This document shows, in pieces, positions 51,040-61,587 of a DNA stretch of 64,000 bases. This DNA comes from Nitrosopumilaceae archaeon (GTDB lineage: Archaea > Thermoproteota > Nitrososphaeria > Nitrososphaerales > Nitrosopumilaceae). A program made the translations under genes and the position numbers. Position 1 is the stretch's first letter, and each line of letters opens with the position of its first letter. The notes beneath the pieces are model-generated. The model was not told the origin of the DNA and did no database searches. It was given only the letters and a program-made list of their open reading frames with translations. Location: the NCBI GenBank assembly GCA_965207375.1, contig OZ242274.1, positions 256,001 through 320,000 of the forward strand, read 5' to 3'.

Positions 51040-52146
51040 GTGCCAATGAATATTAAAAAAACCAAAAGTAAGGAACAATTCTATGAAAAGATAAACACAA
51101 AAAGCCAATCTACAATAATTGCCACAAAGAGAACAATTAACTTGTTTGATAATTTTTTGACCTCATTGCCTGATGCAGGCACAAAAAGCAGTACTACATT
51201 ACATGAAGAGGTAATCTCTGAACTACAATCATTAAAACCAAATGAATGTATAGATACCACCTGTGAGCTGTTACAAGATTGGATTAACTATCTTACAAAA
51301 TTTGGTCTAGCCTCATCAAGCATCAGGAGATATTTTTCCACATTCAGGCCTTATTTGTATTACAGGGGAATAAAACTTGACTCGCAAGACGTCACTGCCA
51401 ATATTGTCTTTCCAAGTATCATCAAAGAGGAAAGATATCCGCTGACAATAGATGTGATTAGAAAGATTTTGAATGCTACAACGTGGAAGAAAAAGGGACT
51501 TTACCTGACACTTGTCTCTTCTGGTATGCGAATAGGGGAGGCCATAATGTTGCGCAAGCGTGATTTTGATATGGATCTGTCTAGGATAAGGTGCCGCATA
51601 CCTGCAAGAATAACAAAGACTAAGATCGGCAGGACTACATATGTATCAAGGGAGGCAGCAGAGTTTGTCATGCCACTTTTACAGAAACTAAACGATGATG
51701 ATATGGTGTTTGGGACAAACCAAAACGCGCGGCATTCAACGATTGCCGAGGTTCAAACCTTTGGAAGGTTTGTAGATAAGGTGGGACTAGGCCTAAAGTA
51801 CGACACAGGACGTAAAAAAATCTCACTTCACTCCTTTCGAGCATTCTTTTTTACGCGTGCAGCGCGTGCCCATGATGAAAACTATGCCCACATGATGACT
51901 GGTCACGGCGGTTATTTGATGCAATATGACAGGCTTACAGATGCTGAAAAACTAGACATGTATATTGCCATGGAGTCTGAACTGCTCATATTTGACCAGA
52001 ACAAAAACCAGGAAAAAATAAAGAGTCTCCAAACTGAAAACTCTAGACTCGTAGCACAAAAAGACATAGAGCTAGAGACACAAAGAAAGATAATTCAAAA
52101 ACTAGAACAACGTCTGAGCAAAATCGAAAATCAAATCTCAAACTAG
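51040..52146 (+). CDS. Tyrosine recombinase/integrase with C-terminal coiled coil
   Basis: SGMRIGE, TKTK, LHSFR, MTGH and QY catalytic set. Confidence 0.92.
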   Translation: MPMNIKKTKSKEQFYEKINTKSQSTIIATKRTINLFDNFLTSLPDAGTKSSTTLHEEVISELQSLKPNECIDTTCELLQDWINYLTKFGLASSSIRRYFSTFRPYLYYRGIKLDSQDVTANIVFPSIIKEERYPLTIDVIRKILNATTWKKKGLYLTLVSSGMRIGEAIMLRKRDFDMDLSRIRCRIPARITKTKIGRTTYVSREAAEFVMPLLQKLNDDDMVFGTNQNARHSTIAEVQTFGRFVDKVGLGLKYDTGRKKISLHSFRAFFFTRAARAHDENYAHMMTGHGGYLMQYDRLTDAEKLDMYIAMESELLIFDQNKNQEKIKSLQTENSRLVAQKDIELETQRKIIQKLEQRLSKIENQISN

Positions 52147-52205
52147 ATTCGGCACAGATGATTTTGACATTGTTATATTTTGAATTATATCTCATGTGGT
52201 ACATT

Positions 52206-52302
52206 AGATCTTATACATAATCAAATTTTGAATTAAAAATGCTTAATTTTTAATCTTAAATTGAAAATTTTATTTTGAATTGTTCAATTACGCATAAAAT
52301 TT
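52206..52302 (+). mobile_element. 97-bp MITE, AGA-ended family
   Basis: ATT TSD; direct repeat of 50838-50934. Confidence 0.82.
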
Positions 52303-52802
52303 ATTGTGTTTGCAGTATTGCAAGTGCCACTGAACATTTCTATAATGTTAGCATATCTTATCTCATAATTATTGCAGACCAAAGAAATTTTACTCTTGTT
52401 TTTTTGTAACCGTAATAATCGTGTAAAGATCTTTTGCTATATCTGCATTAATTTCTATGGCTAACGCAACAATGAAACACACATCATGCTTTTTATCTGC
52501 TTTTATTCATGATGCAAAAGACGACACAATAAAAAATCGGCTTTAGAAAATATATCATCATGCACAAATCACTACTGGCATTAAAACTCATTTTACAAGT
52601 GCATTATATGCTCTCATGCAGGATATAAAATAGCCAACACAGGTCTATACAAGAAAATAATGGCAGATGCACAGCGTGGTGTATCATGTTGTACATGACC
52701 AGACTTTTGTCACCTACTATAACGGGATCAAATCACAAAAGGCCATTTTATATCGCATTCTATGAATAACTTTATTATACAAAATCTTTACATCAAACAC
52801 AC

Positions 52803-54896
52803 ATGACCGAATCTGTCTTTTTATCGCCCAAATCCATTGCAGTTATAGGGGCATCTGACAAAAAGGGCAGCGTAGGCGCTACCATCACATCTAATATTTT
52901 AGCAGGTTTTAAGGGAACCGTTTTTCCAATCAGCCCCTCAAGGGACAAGGTTTTTTCTAAAAAGGCATACAAAAACGTACTTGACGTACCAAAACCAATT
53001 GATCTTGCAGTCATTGTCATCAAAAACACACTAGTTGCATCCGTGTTAGAAGAATGTGGCAAGAAAAAAATCAAAGGTGTCATAATTATCACTGCCGGAT
53101 TCAAGGAGGTAGATGAACAGGGAGCGCAACGTGAGCAACAAATCAAAGATATTGCCAAAAAATACAAGATTCAGGTAATCGGGCCCAACTGTCTTGGAGT
53201 AATGAATCTTGATCCAAAAACAATGATGAACTCTACCTTTCTCAAGATTACCCCAAAGTCTGGAAAAATCGCCCTTGTATCTCAGAGTGGGGCAATATGT
53301 GCTGCACTAGTGGAGGATGCTAGCGCCCAGGGCATCGGCTTTTCTGCGGTGATAAGTCTTGGAAACAAGGCAGTCATGAGTGAGGTAGATGTTTTGAAGA
53401 TTCTTGCCCAACACACACAAACCAAGGTTATCGTGATGTATCTAGAGGATATGGGCAACGGCCAGGAATTTCTCAAGGTATGCAAAAACATCACCAAAAA
53501 ACTCCAAAAACCCGTCATTGTTTTAAAGTCAGGACGTAGTCCTGAAGGTGCAAAGGCTGCAATGTCTCATACTGGAGCACTAATGGGCTCTGATGAAATT
53601 TATGACTCTTTGTTACAACAGGCAGGTGCAATACGTGTTGATACTATGGAGGAGCTATTTGACTATGCAACTGCATTCTCAAAGCAGCCACTGCCCTCAA
53701 AGGGTGACCTTGTTATAGTTTCAAATGCGGGCGGGCCTGCAATTATTTCAACTGATGCCTGCTCAAAACTAAACATCAATATGGCAAACATTTCAAGCAT
53801 ACGCAAAAACATTGACAAGGTAATTCCACCTTGGGGAAGCTCCCGAAATCCGGTAGATATTGTAGGCGATGCAGATTTTAATAGATTTGAGGATGTATTG
53901 GATCGCGTACTACAACATCCAAAGGTAGGCTCTGTCATTTCAATGTGTACTCCTTCTGGAACACTTGATTATGACAGACTTGCAGACGTAATTGTGGCAA
54001 TGTCAAAGAAATACAAAAAAACAATGCTTGCAAGTCTGATGGGCTTAGATGAAGGCATTACAAACAGGGAAATTTTGGCTAGAGGCAATGTTCCATACTA
54101 TACGTATGCAGAAGGCGCAATCAGAACACTTGCTGCCATGATCCGATTTTCTAACTGGATAAAGTCACCTGTAGGCAAGGTTGCCAAATTCAAAGTCGAC
54201 AAGGCAGGGGTGCAAAAAATACTAGAAGAGGCAAAAAAACAAAACAGAACCAGCCTTCTTGAGGAGCAGGGACAGCAGGTGCTAAAGGCGTATGGACTCT
54301 CACTACCATCTAGTGTCTTGGCCACAGATGAGGTACAGGCAGCAAAGATTGCCAAAAAAATCGGCTATCCCGTCGTCTTAAAAATTGTCTCGCCGCAAAT
54401 TATTCACAAATCCGACGCAGGCGGCGTACAGGTCAACCTTACAAATGACACAGAGGTAAAGACAGCATTTAGAACAATCATTAAAAATGCAAAAAAATAT
54501 GACAAAAAGGCCCAAATCAAGGGTGTTCTAGTAGTCGAAATGGTCAAAGGAGGCAAGGAATTAATCATTGGCTCAAAGCTAGAGCCCGGTTTTGGCCAGG
54601 TTATCATGCTTGGCATGGGCGGAATCTACGTTGAGATTCTCAAAGATGTCACATTCAGACTTGCTCCAATATCTGATACTGAGGCAGATGGCATGATTGC
54701 ATCAATTAAGACGCAAAAACTGTTACGGGGCGTAAGGGGCGAAAAACCGTCTGATATTGCAGCGTTATCTGAATGCATTCAGAGGCTGTCGCAGCTAGTC
54801 TCTGACTTTGATGAGATTGCAGAACTTGATATGAATCCTGTCCTAGTAATGGATAAGGGATGTCGTGTTTTGGACGTACGAATCGGCCTAGGCTAG
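52803..54896 (+). CDS. ADP-forming acyl-CoA synthetase, probably 4-hydroxybutyryl-CoA synthetase
   Basis: GPNCLG, SQSG, SHTGAL, HKSD and DMNP motifs; adjacent to the dehydratase as in the thaumarchaeal HP/HB cycle. Confidence 0.9.
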   Translation: MTESVFLSPKSIAVIGASDKKGSVGATITSNILAGFKGTVFPISPSRDKVFSKKAYKNVLDVPKPIDLAVIVIKNTLVASVLEECGKKKIKGVIIITAGFKEVDEQGAQREQQIKDIAKKYKIQVIGPNCLGVMNLDPKTMMNSTFLKITPKSGKIALVSQSGAICAALVEDASAQGIGFSAVISLGNKAVMSEVDVLKILAQHTQTKVIVMYLEDMGNGQEFLKVCKNITKKLQKPVIVLKSGRSPEGAKAAMSHTGALMGSDEIYDSLLQQAGAIRVDTMEELFDYATAFSKQPLPSKGDLVIVSNAGGPAIISTDACSKLNINMANISSIRKNIDKVIPPWGSSRNPVDIVGDADFNRFEDVLDRVLQHPKVGSVISMCTPSGTLDYDRLADVIVAMSKKYKKTMLASLMGLDEGITNREILARGNVPYYTYAEGAIRTLAAMIRFSNWIKSPVGKVAKFKVDKAGVQKILEEAKKQNRTSLLEEQGQQVLKAYGLSLPSSVLATDEVQAAKIAKKIGYPVVLKIVSPQIIHKSDAGGVQVNLTNDTEVKTAFRTIIKNAKKYDKKAQIKGVLVVEMVKGGKELIIGSKLEPGFGQVIMLGMGGIYVEILKDVTFRLAPISDTEADGMIASIKTQKLLRGVRGEKPSDIAALSECIQRLSQLVSDFDEIAELDMNPVLVMDKGCRVLDVRIGLG

Positions 54897-54951
54897 TCTT
54901 TCTAGGGCATAATTTAGAATATTTATACGGCATATTACTAACCATATTATC

Positions 54952-56469
54952 ATGGCCAATGTCTTAAAAACAATCAGAACCGGTGATGACTATATAGCAA
55001 GTCTTAGGGGCCGCAATCTCAAGGTCTACCTTTTTGGAGAGCTGGTAAAAGAGCCTGTGGATCATCCCATGATTCGACCCTCAATTAATGCCGTAGCTGA
55101 AACCTATGATCTTGCTGTGAGGCAGTCGGATTTGGCTAGTGCAGAATCCTCAATTACGGGCATACAGGTCAACAGATTTTTGCACATTGCAGAAAGTGCA
55201 CAAGATCTGGTTTTGCAAAACAAAATGCAACGAAGGCTGGGACAAAACACAGGAACCTGCTTCCAAAGATGCGTCGGCATGGACGCACTAAATTCGCTAC
55301 ATTCAGTTACATTTGAAATTGATGAAAAACACGGCACCGATTATCATAAACGATTCTTGGAGTTTGTAAAAATGATTCAAAAAGAGAACCTAGTCATTGG
55401 AGGTGCCATGACTGATCCCAAGGGCGACCGAAGTAAGGGTCCCTCAGAACAAGATGATCCTGATCTGTTTACACGCATAGTAGATACTGATCAAAACGGA
55501 GTCTACGTCTCTGGTGCCAAGGCACATCAGACTGGATGCATTAATTCACACTGGATAATTTTAATGCCAACAATCAGACTTACCCAAAGTGACAGGGACT
55601 GGGCCATAGTGGGTGCCATTCCTGCAGATGCAGACGGCATTACATACATTTACGGCAGACAATCATGTGATACTCGAAGCATGGAGGAAGGCACAATAGA
55701 TGATGGAAATACAAAGTTTGGCGGCCAGGAGGCCCTGATAATTTTAGATCGTGTGTTTATTCCATGGGATAAAATTTTCATGCATGGGGAATACGAGTTT
55801 GCATCTATGTTAGTTGAACGCTTTACCTGTTATCACAGACGCAGCTATGTATGCAAGACGGGACTAGGAGACGTCCTAATAGGTGCTGCAGCAACCATTG
55901 CAGATTACAATGGCGTTCCAAAGGTGTCTCACATCAAGGATAAAATTATTGAAATGACTCATCTTAATGAAACAATATTTGCTGCAGGAATTGCATCTTC
56001 TCATCAGGGCTACAAGTTAAAGTCAGGCGTATATCTAAATGACGACATGCTAGCACAGGTCTGCAAGCACAATGTAACAAGATTCCCATACGAAATTAGC
56101 AGACTTGCCCAAGATATAGCAGGCGGCCTAGTAGTCACGCTTCCATCTGAGAAGGACTTTAGACACCCACAAACAGGTCCGCTTCTTAAAAAATATCTTG
56201 CCGGACGCAGGGGCGTTGATGTGGAAAATAAGATGAGAATTTTGCGTTTAATTGAAAACATGACACTTGGCAGAAACGCAGTTGGTTATCTTACCGAATC
56301 CATGCATGGTGCAGGCTCTCCACAAGCACAAAGAATCCAAATCCAACGACAAATGCAGGTAGGATACAAAAAGAACCTGGCAAAAAATCTTGCAGGTATT
56401 ACAAATGACATCGAAGAAACTACAGAATCATCTGAATACTTTAAACGCGTCTTTAAGACTGGTGACTAG
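54952..56469 (+). CDS. hcd: 4-hydroxybutyryl-CoA dehydratase
   Basis: CFQRCVGMD, MTDPKGDR, YHRRSYVCK and HGAGSPQAQ motifs. Confidence 0.95.
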   Translation: MANVLKTIRTGDDYIASLRGRNLKVYLFGELVKEPVDHPMIRPSINAVAETYDLAVRQSDLASAESSITGIQVNRFLHIAESAQDLVLQNKMQRRLGQNTGTCFQRCVGMDALNSLHSVTFEIDEKHGTDYHKRFLEFVKMIQKENLVIGGAMTDPKGDRSKGPSEQDDPDLFTRIVDTDQNGVYVSGAKAHQTGCINSHWIILMPTIRLTQSDRDWAIVGAIPADADGITYIYGRQSCDTRSMEEGTIDDGNTKFGGQEALIILDRVFIPWDKIFMHGEYEFASMLVERFTCYHRRSYVCKTGLGDVLIGAAATIADYNGVPKVSHIKDKIIEMTHLNETIFAAGIASSHQGYKLKSGVYLNDDMLAQVCKHNVTRFPYEISRLAQDIAGGLVVTLPSEKDFRHPQTGPLLKKYLAGRRGVDVENKMRILRLIENMTLGRNAVGYLTESMHGAGSPQAQRIQIQRQMQVGYKKNLAKNLAGITNDIEETTESSEYFKRVFKTGD

Positions 56470-56505
56470 TCTTTTCTAGTTTCCAAATTCATGGTAACTT
56501 TTAGA

Positions 56506-56665
56506 CTGCAAGGGGTCCTGCCTCCAAGATTAGAGTGACACCGCATGAAATTGTAATAAATATCACATGTTGCAAATATTGCCGAATTTTTACTTTGTAT
56601 GTGGGCTATTGCAAATTCTAGTGTTTCGTTGAATCTTTCTTAGACGTTGTTGTTCTTTTTGGCAA
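56506..56665 (-). pseudogene. Decayed fragment of the IS6-like transposase 3' end
   Basis: Homologous to about 680-850. Confidence 0.75.
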
Positions 56666-56703
56666 GATGTTTAATAGAATTCATATGTAATTATAAATTT
56701 CAG

Positions 56704-57573
56704 TCACATATTGGATACTTCATCAAGTATTGTTTTTGCAAATCTTTTCTTTGCATTCAATTCTTTTGCAATTTTTGATAAACAAGAATGAATACGGGTA
56801 TCTGCATATGATAGCTTGAGTGTATTGTAGTATTCTAGTGTTACAGTATCGTCCTCTTCGTCTGAAATTTTTTTCAGAAAATATGATGTCCTTTTTACCC
56901 TACTCTCAAATGGAAGCATGTTAACACTGTGTTGTAAGAACACTTGTAGAATTTGTTGGTGTTTTTGACCAATTTTAACTGTCATTCTTGATTTTGGCAT
57001 CTCTGATAGCTTTTCTAGCATTTTTTTAATTGGAAAATCATATTCTTCATAATATCTTTGCATAAACGGAGACATGTTATCTAAAATACTTTGATCAAAC
57101 TCGTATTCTCTATCTAGGTTTTTTTGTACCTCAATTGCCAGCTCTGTCAGAGCAAAAATTATGCCCATTGGATCATTGATTGCTTGTTTGCTGTAACTTA
57201 TAGAATATTTTGCAAGCATTTGATTTAATTTATTTAATACGTGCGCCGATACAAGACTTTTCTTTTTTCCACTATCCATTGTTTTAATTATTTTTAATGA
57301 CAATGTAAAGAAAAGAGAATAGTTTTTTGCACTGTTATTATTTTGCAGGCATTGTTTTTCAAACGAATCCATAAATTTTTCAAGTATTGTTGGAATGTGT
57401 TCGTTAACTGGTATGTTTCTAAAACTAAATTTTTTTGTTTGTGAATCATCACTTGGGAAAAGTGATTTTGCTTGTCCAAGTGCACTTGTAACAGATGCCA
57501 GTGTTTTTTTATTACCTTTTCCGTATTTGCTTTTTTGTAAATATTTTACTGATTCAACTAGTGATTCATACAT
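56704..57573 (-). CDS. Hypothetical alpha-helical protein
   Basis: 289-aa ORF; no family recognised. Confidence 0.7.
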   Translation of the reverse strand: MYESLVESVKYLQKSKYGKGNKKTLASVTSALGQAKSLFPSDDSQTKKFSFRNIPVNEHIPTILEKFMDSFEKQCLQNNNSAKNYSLFFTLSLKIIKTMDSGKKKSLVSAHVLNKLNQMLAKYSISYSKQAINDPMGIIFALTELAIEVQKNLDREYEFDQSILDNMSPFMQRYYEEYDFPIKKMLEKLSEMPKSRMTVKIGQKHQQILQVFLQHSVNMLPFESRVKRTSYFLKKISDEEDDTVTLEYYNTLKLSYADTRIHSCLSKIAKELNAKKRFAKTILDEVSNM

Positions 57574-57753
57574 TGTTTGAATAGATTTACATTCTTTAAG
57601 ATAAAGATTATGTCAGGTTAACAATTCTGATTTTTATTCCTGAAATAAATTGTTCGTAATTGTTAACTTCATGTCTGGAGTTTGACATATGGTGTGGTAT
57701 GTTTTATGGAAACTTTGTTTTCTTTAGAAATTTATTGACTCTTTTGTTCCTTG

Positions 57754-59811
57754 TTAGCTGGCATTCTCTATTTCCTTCAAAACTTTTGCAATTTTAGGCC
57801 ATAGTGGACTAGAGTATTTTTTAGAGTTTGCCTCAGCTTCTGCTGCAGTAGTTGGATTATCATGTTGTATCACTCCAAATGCTGCTAGTACCTTATTCCA
57901 TCTGTCCACATGAGCAAAACCATGATGGGTTTGACTTGCCATATACTTTACATCTTCAATTAATTCTGGGTCTATTGCAGGTGTTGGTACTGGGTCTTGT
58001 GTTGGTACTGGGTCTTGTGTTGGTACTGGGTCTTGTGTTGGTACTGGGTCTTGTGTTGGTACTGGGTCTTGTGTTGGTACTGGGTCTTGTGTTGGTACTG
58101 GGTCTTGTGTTGGTACTGGGTCTTGTGCCTGTTCTGGTATTGCCTCTAGTATTGTTAATACTTCTGCAATTTTAGGCCATAATGGACTAGAGTATTTCTT
58201 GCTATTTGCTTCAGCTTCTACAGCTGTCATAGGGTTAGAGTGTTCTAGTAATCCAAATCCTGCCAAAACTCTATTCCATCTGTCAACGTGATCATGACCG
58301 TGATGTGTCATAGATGCCAGATACTTTACATCTTCAATTAATTCTGGGTCTATTGCAGGTGTTGGTTCAGGCTCTGGCTCAACCTGTGGTATGTTTTGTG
58401 TCGCATTTTGTTGCTGTTGCTGTTGTTCAATTGCAGCCTCACGCTCTTGTAAGATATTTGCAATCTTGACCCATAATGGACTAGAGTATTTCTTTGTATT
58501 TGCCTGAGCCTCTTCTACAGTCATAGGATTGTCATGCTGTATCACACCAAAGGCTGCTAGCACCCTATTCCATCTGTCAACATGTTGTTCACCGTGATGT
58601 GTCATAGATGCAAGATACTTTACATCCTCAATTAGTTCTGGATCAGCTGTAGGTATTGGTATAGATTCTGGTACAATGTATGGTGTATCTTGAGCAATGG
58701 CTGATGTTTGGTTTTGTTGCTGTTGCTGTGTATTTAGGAATTGAGTTAACAGTGAATCTGGTATAGGCTGCTGTCCTGTTGATTCTCCGTTAAGACCATC
58801 TGGGACGGGAACACCAGGCTCACTATCAAGTATTGGTATTACAAGACTGGTCTCTCCTGCTAGTCTATATGCATCACTGGGAAGCAAACGAACTATGGCA
58901 AAGCCGCCGCCTTGATCCCCTGGTGTGTTGCCAGCGGCGAATAATGTGGTTAAAGAAGTAAAAGGACTGGAGAGTACTTTCGTATGAGAACCTGGATTAT
59001 CAGTATTGAGATAATTTCCGATTTGGCTGACATGGTATTTTACTGGCACCGTGGGATTCGGGGCAGGACTAATCTGGACAGATATGTTAGTACCTATTGT
59101 CAAACCCTCAGTCATGCTTGCAGGGGGAGCACGAAATTGTACTGAATGCGTTGGCTGTACATAATCTGCTGCATCATCATCTGTTATGTGGACCGTAATT
59201 GTATAGTCATTGGTTAACCAGTGATAGTTACCTTTTTGATTTGTATCTAAGTTTCTGAAAGGATGATGGGACTCGAAAGTCACTTTTAGTGTGTGATCAT
59301 CAGCGTCATTATCATGACCGGCTTTTAGGTATAGATATACTGGTATGTCCCAATTGTTACTATTAAATTCAAAATGGTATTTGTTGTTTCCCTCACATCC
59401 AGAATAATGATCGTTTTCATGAAGTGATTGAAATACAACACCATGGTCGTGAGGGGGATTATGAGATGGAAATCCCGACCCTTCACCTACTCCTTCAAAA
59501 CAGGATATTCTGTTTAGATCACCATTGTCTATATGGGGAAAAGTAATACGAGGCGTGTATAGGCCAACACCGTCTTGCTTGTCTGGTGCTCTGTCCAAAT
59601 TAAAGTAAATGCGGACTCCCTGTTCACCTTCTGTAAGATATATGTCAATGTTGTTGTTAGCATCAGGCGTATGAGGTGCCATAAACTCTAGCCCATGAGG
59701 TGCAGCTTCTGCTGCTTGTATGTTACCTAATAATAGTAAAGATGCACTTGCAACAACTGCCAAGAATATGATGGTTAATGGGGAATTTGCTGTAAAGTGT
59801 AAAGTTTTCAT
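57754..59811 (-). CDS. Secreted/surface repeat protein: signal peptide, Ig/Calx-beta-like region, three approx. 65-aa His/Trp repeats, poly-Q and QDPVPT linkers
   Basis: Hydrophobic N-terminus ending AAEA; ITVHITDDD motif; three DPELIEDVKY..HHG..HVDRWN.VLA.FG..KKYSSPLW repeats. Confidence 0.85.
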   Translation of the reverse strand: MKTLHFTANSPLTIIFLAVVASASLLLLGNIQAAEAAPHGLEFMAPHTPDANNNIDIYLTEGEQGVRIYFNLDRAPDKQDGVGLYTPRITFPHIDNGDLNRISCFEGVGEGSGFPSHNPPHDHGVVFQSLHENDHYSGCEGNNKYHFEFNSNNWDIPVYLYLKAGHDNDADDHTLKVTFESHHPFRNLDTNQKGNYHWLTNDYTITVHITDDDAADYVQPTHSVQFRAPPASMTEGLTIGTNISVQISPAPNPTVPVKYHVSQIGNYLNTDNPGSHTKVLSSPFTSLTTLFAAGNTPGDQGGGFAIVRLLPSDAYRLAGETSLVIPILDSEPGVPVPDGLNGESTGQQPIPDSLLTQFLNTQQQQQNQTSAIAQDTPYIVPESIPIPTADPELIEDVKYLASMTHHGEQHVDRWNRVLAAFGVIQHDNPMTVEEAQANTKKYSSPLWVKIANILQEREAAIEQQQQQQNATQNIPQVEPEPEPTPAIDPELIEDVKYLASMTHHGHDHVDRWNRVLAGFGLLEHSNPMTAVEAEANSKKYSSPLWPKIAEVLTILEAIPEQAQDPVPTQDPVPTQDPVPTQDPVPTQDPVPTQDPVPTQDPVPTQDPVPTPAIDPELIEDVKYMASQTHHGFAHVDRWNKVLAAFGVIQHDNPTTAAEAEANSKKYSSPLWPKIAKVLKEIENAS
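57981..58124 (-). repeat. Coding VNTR: 8 x 18 bp encoding (QDPVPT)8
   Basis: Perfect unit GTGTTGGTACTGGGTCTT. Confidence 0.95.
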
Positions 59812-59843
59812 GAAATTAACGGGGGGGGGGTTTTAAAAACGTT
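59812..59843 (-). promoter_or_regulatory. TATA-like box, C10 tract and short leader
   Basis: Coding strand reads GTTTTTAAAA-C10-GTTAATTTC-ATG. Confidence 0.6.
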
Positions 59844-59867
59844 AGTATTTGAACGGATTACAAGTTC

Positions 59868-60040
59868 GTATTTGTTCACGTAGTGGCAGTTGATTTGTAC
59901 CTAAATGATGACATAGTGATTGAAAAATTAGACACGAGGTAAACAAGTACAATTGTTCTAGACCTCATGCACAATTGATCAATTCAAAATAAAATTTTCA
60001 ATAAGGCTAAAAATTAAGCATTTTTAATTCAAAATTTGAT
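59868..60040. mobile_element. Adjacent decayed MITEs (73-bp family, then a truncated AGA-ended copy from 59960)
   Basis: Homology to 50350-50422 and to 30600-30697. Confidence 0.7.
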
Positions 60041-60163
60041 TCTATTGTATTTCAAAACGGTGCAGGTCCATCAAATTAAAAATACTCAAACATAGACAAA
60101 CTTGGTACCAATTCGTTACAGTCACCTAAAGATCTGCTCAAAGTCCAAACTGTACATGTTGTA

Positions 60164-61477
60164 TAGCAGATCTAACTAATAATCAATAGTTTTTCTACAT
60201 ATTTTAAAAAACAAAGTCGTGACCTGACATTGACACTTGCAACAGTTGCGATCAAAGCAACTAAACATGAAATGCACAAAATATTACAGCATATTATCTG
60301 ATAGTTACAAACAAAAGAATCAAAGAACAAAATTACGGTATCAAATAGTCGAACATTTTTACTATTGGAATAGTTTTGTTTTTTATTGATCGAGCTATGA
60401 TACGTTTGAGCTCAGCATTTGTAGCTATAATACCTGCAATACTCTTTTTCATGACCGACCATTCAGGCTCAATCGGATTGAGTTCAGGAGTATATTTTAG
60501 ATAAAACTCAAACTGCATCTGACCACCTGTCTCCCTTGTGATACGTTTTAGCTCATCTTTTTTGTGATAAGCTGCATTGTCCATAAACATCAGAACCTTG
60601 CCGAATTTCTTGTGTACACCCTGCAAAAAGTTTTCCACGTTAACCCAGTTTCCTGTATCGTAAAACCTAAAGTAATATTCTTTCTCTGCGCCAATAGCAC
60701 CTATAATCGTGAGACTCTTGGATTTTTTAGATTTATTTTTTGCGGATTTTTTCTTTGGTTTTTTCTTGCCTGTGATAAATACAGGACGTTTTTCAAAAAA
60801 CCAGCCCTTTTTGGGCACTGATGCCACCAGCTTGTGAGCAGCATCCATGGTCATAATTGTGTGTCCTTTGTCGCTATAGTATTTTACCTTGCGGTGAGCT
60901 TTTTTTTTGAACACTGCGATTTCCTCAGGGGTTGCTGCCTTGTCGTTTCTAGGTCTAGGTGCAACTAGATGAAGATCAAGTCTAGTGATCAATGCCCATA
61001 CCGAACTTACATTGTAATCTGTCTTGAATATTTTTTTGATGTGTCTTTGTATTATGGGTGATGTCCACAAATTAGTATCATAACCACATTTTTGTGGTCC
61101 TTTTTTCAAATCACGTATTAGCTTGTTTATTTGCTTCTTGTCCAGCTTACACTGTGCACCAGGTTGCTTCTTATCGTATCTAGCATCAATGCCTTCCTTG
61201 TTGATTCTGTCTATCCAATTTTGAACCGTGGTGTACGGTATCTTTATGGAATTTGAAATTTCCCACAATGTTTTGCCCTCCTTTTTTAACATGTATGCAG
61301 TAATTCTCTGTACAACCTTTGGATTTTCTTCTTCTTTTTTGAGTTTGTACAATTTCTTCATGTTTGTATCTGGTAGGAATTTATCCATTGTAACCATCTT
61401 GGAACAAGATCGACATATAGATCTTTTAGTTGACTTTAATTGACAAATTTGCTATCGATTATTAGTTAGATCTGCTA
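60164..61477 (-). mobile_element. IS630 element with canonical TA duplication
   Basis: 26-bp TIR TAGCAGATCTAACTAATAATCRATAG with 1 mismatch; TA at 60162-60163 and 61478-61479. Confidence 0.92.
60333..61397 (-). CDS. IS630-family transposase
   Basis: HTH, LWTSP, MDAAH, MDNAAYH and YTPELNPIE motifs. Confidence 0.92.
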   Translation of the reverse strand: MVTMDKFLPDTNMKKLYKLKKEEENPKVVQRITAYMLKKEGKTLWEISNSIKIPYTTVQNWIDRINKEGIDARYDKKQPGAQCKLDKKQINKLIRDLKKGPQKCGYDTNLWTSPIIQRHIKKIFKTDYNVSSVWALITRLDLHLVAPRPRNDKAATPEEIAVFKKKAHRKVKYYSDKGHTIMTMDAAHKLVASVPKKGWFFEKRPVFITGKKKPKKKSAKNKSKKSKSLTIIGAIGAEKEYYFRFYDTGNWVNVENFLQGVHKKFGKVLMFMDNAAYHKKDELKRITRETGGQMQFEFYLKYTPELNPIEPEWSVMKKSIAGIIATNAELKRIIARSIKNKTIPIVKMFDYLIP

Positions 61478-61587
61478 TAATCCTTGGATTGCAACCAATG
61501 AACTTTTGTATCCTTGTGTATTGCATCCCTCATTGTTTCTGATTTTATCACTGTAACGTTTTACTGTATATTGTTACATCTTACCAT

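Noticed and set aside
50838-52302. attL/attR of an integrated element
   Set aside because: The repeats are copies of a dispersed MITE, each with its own TSD, and are unrelated to a tRNA
57852-58175. (VLGLVL)n membrane protein ORF
   Set aside because: Antisense shadow of the QDPVPT repeat
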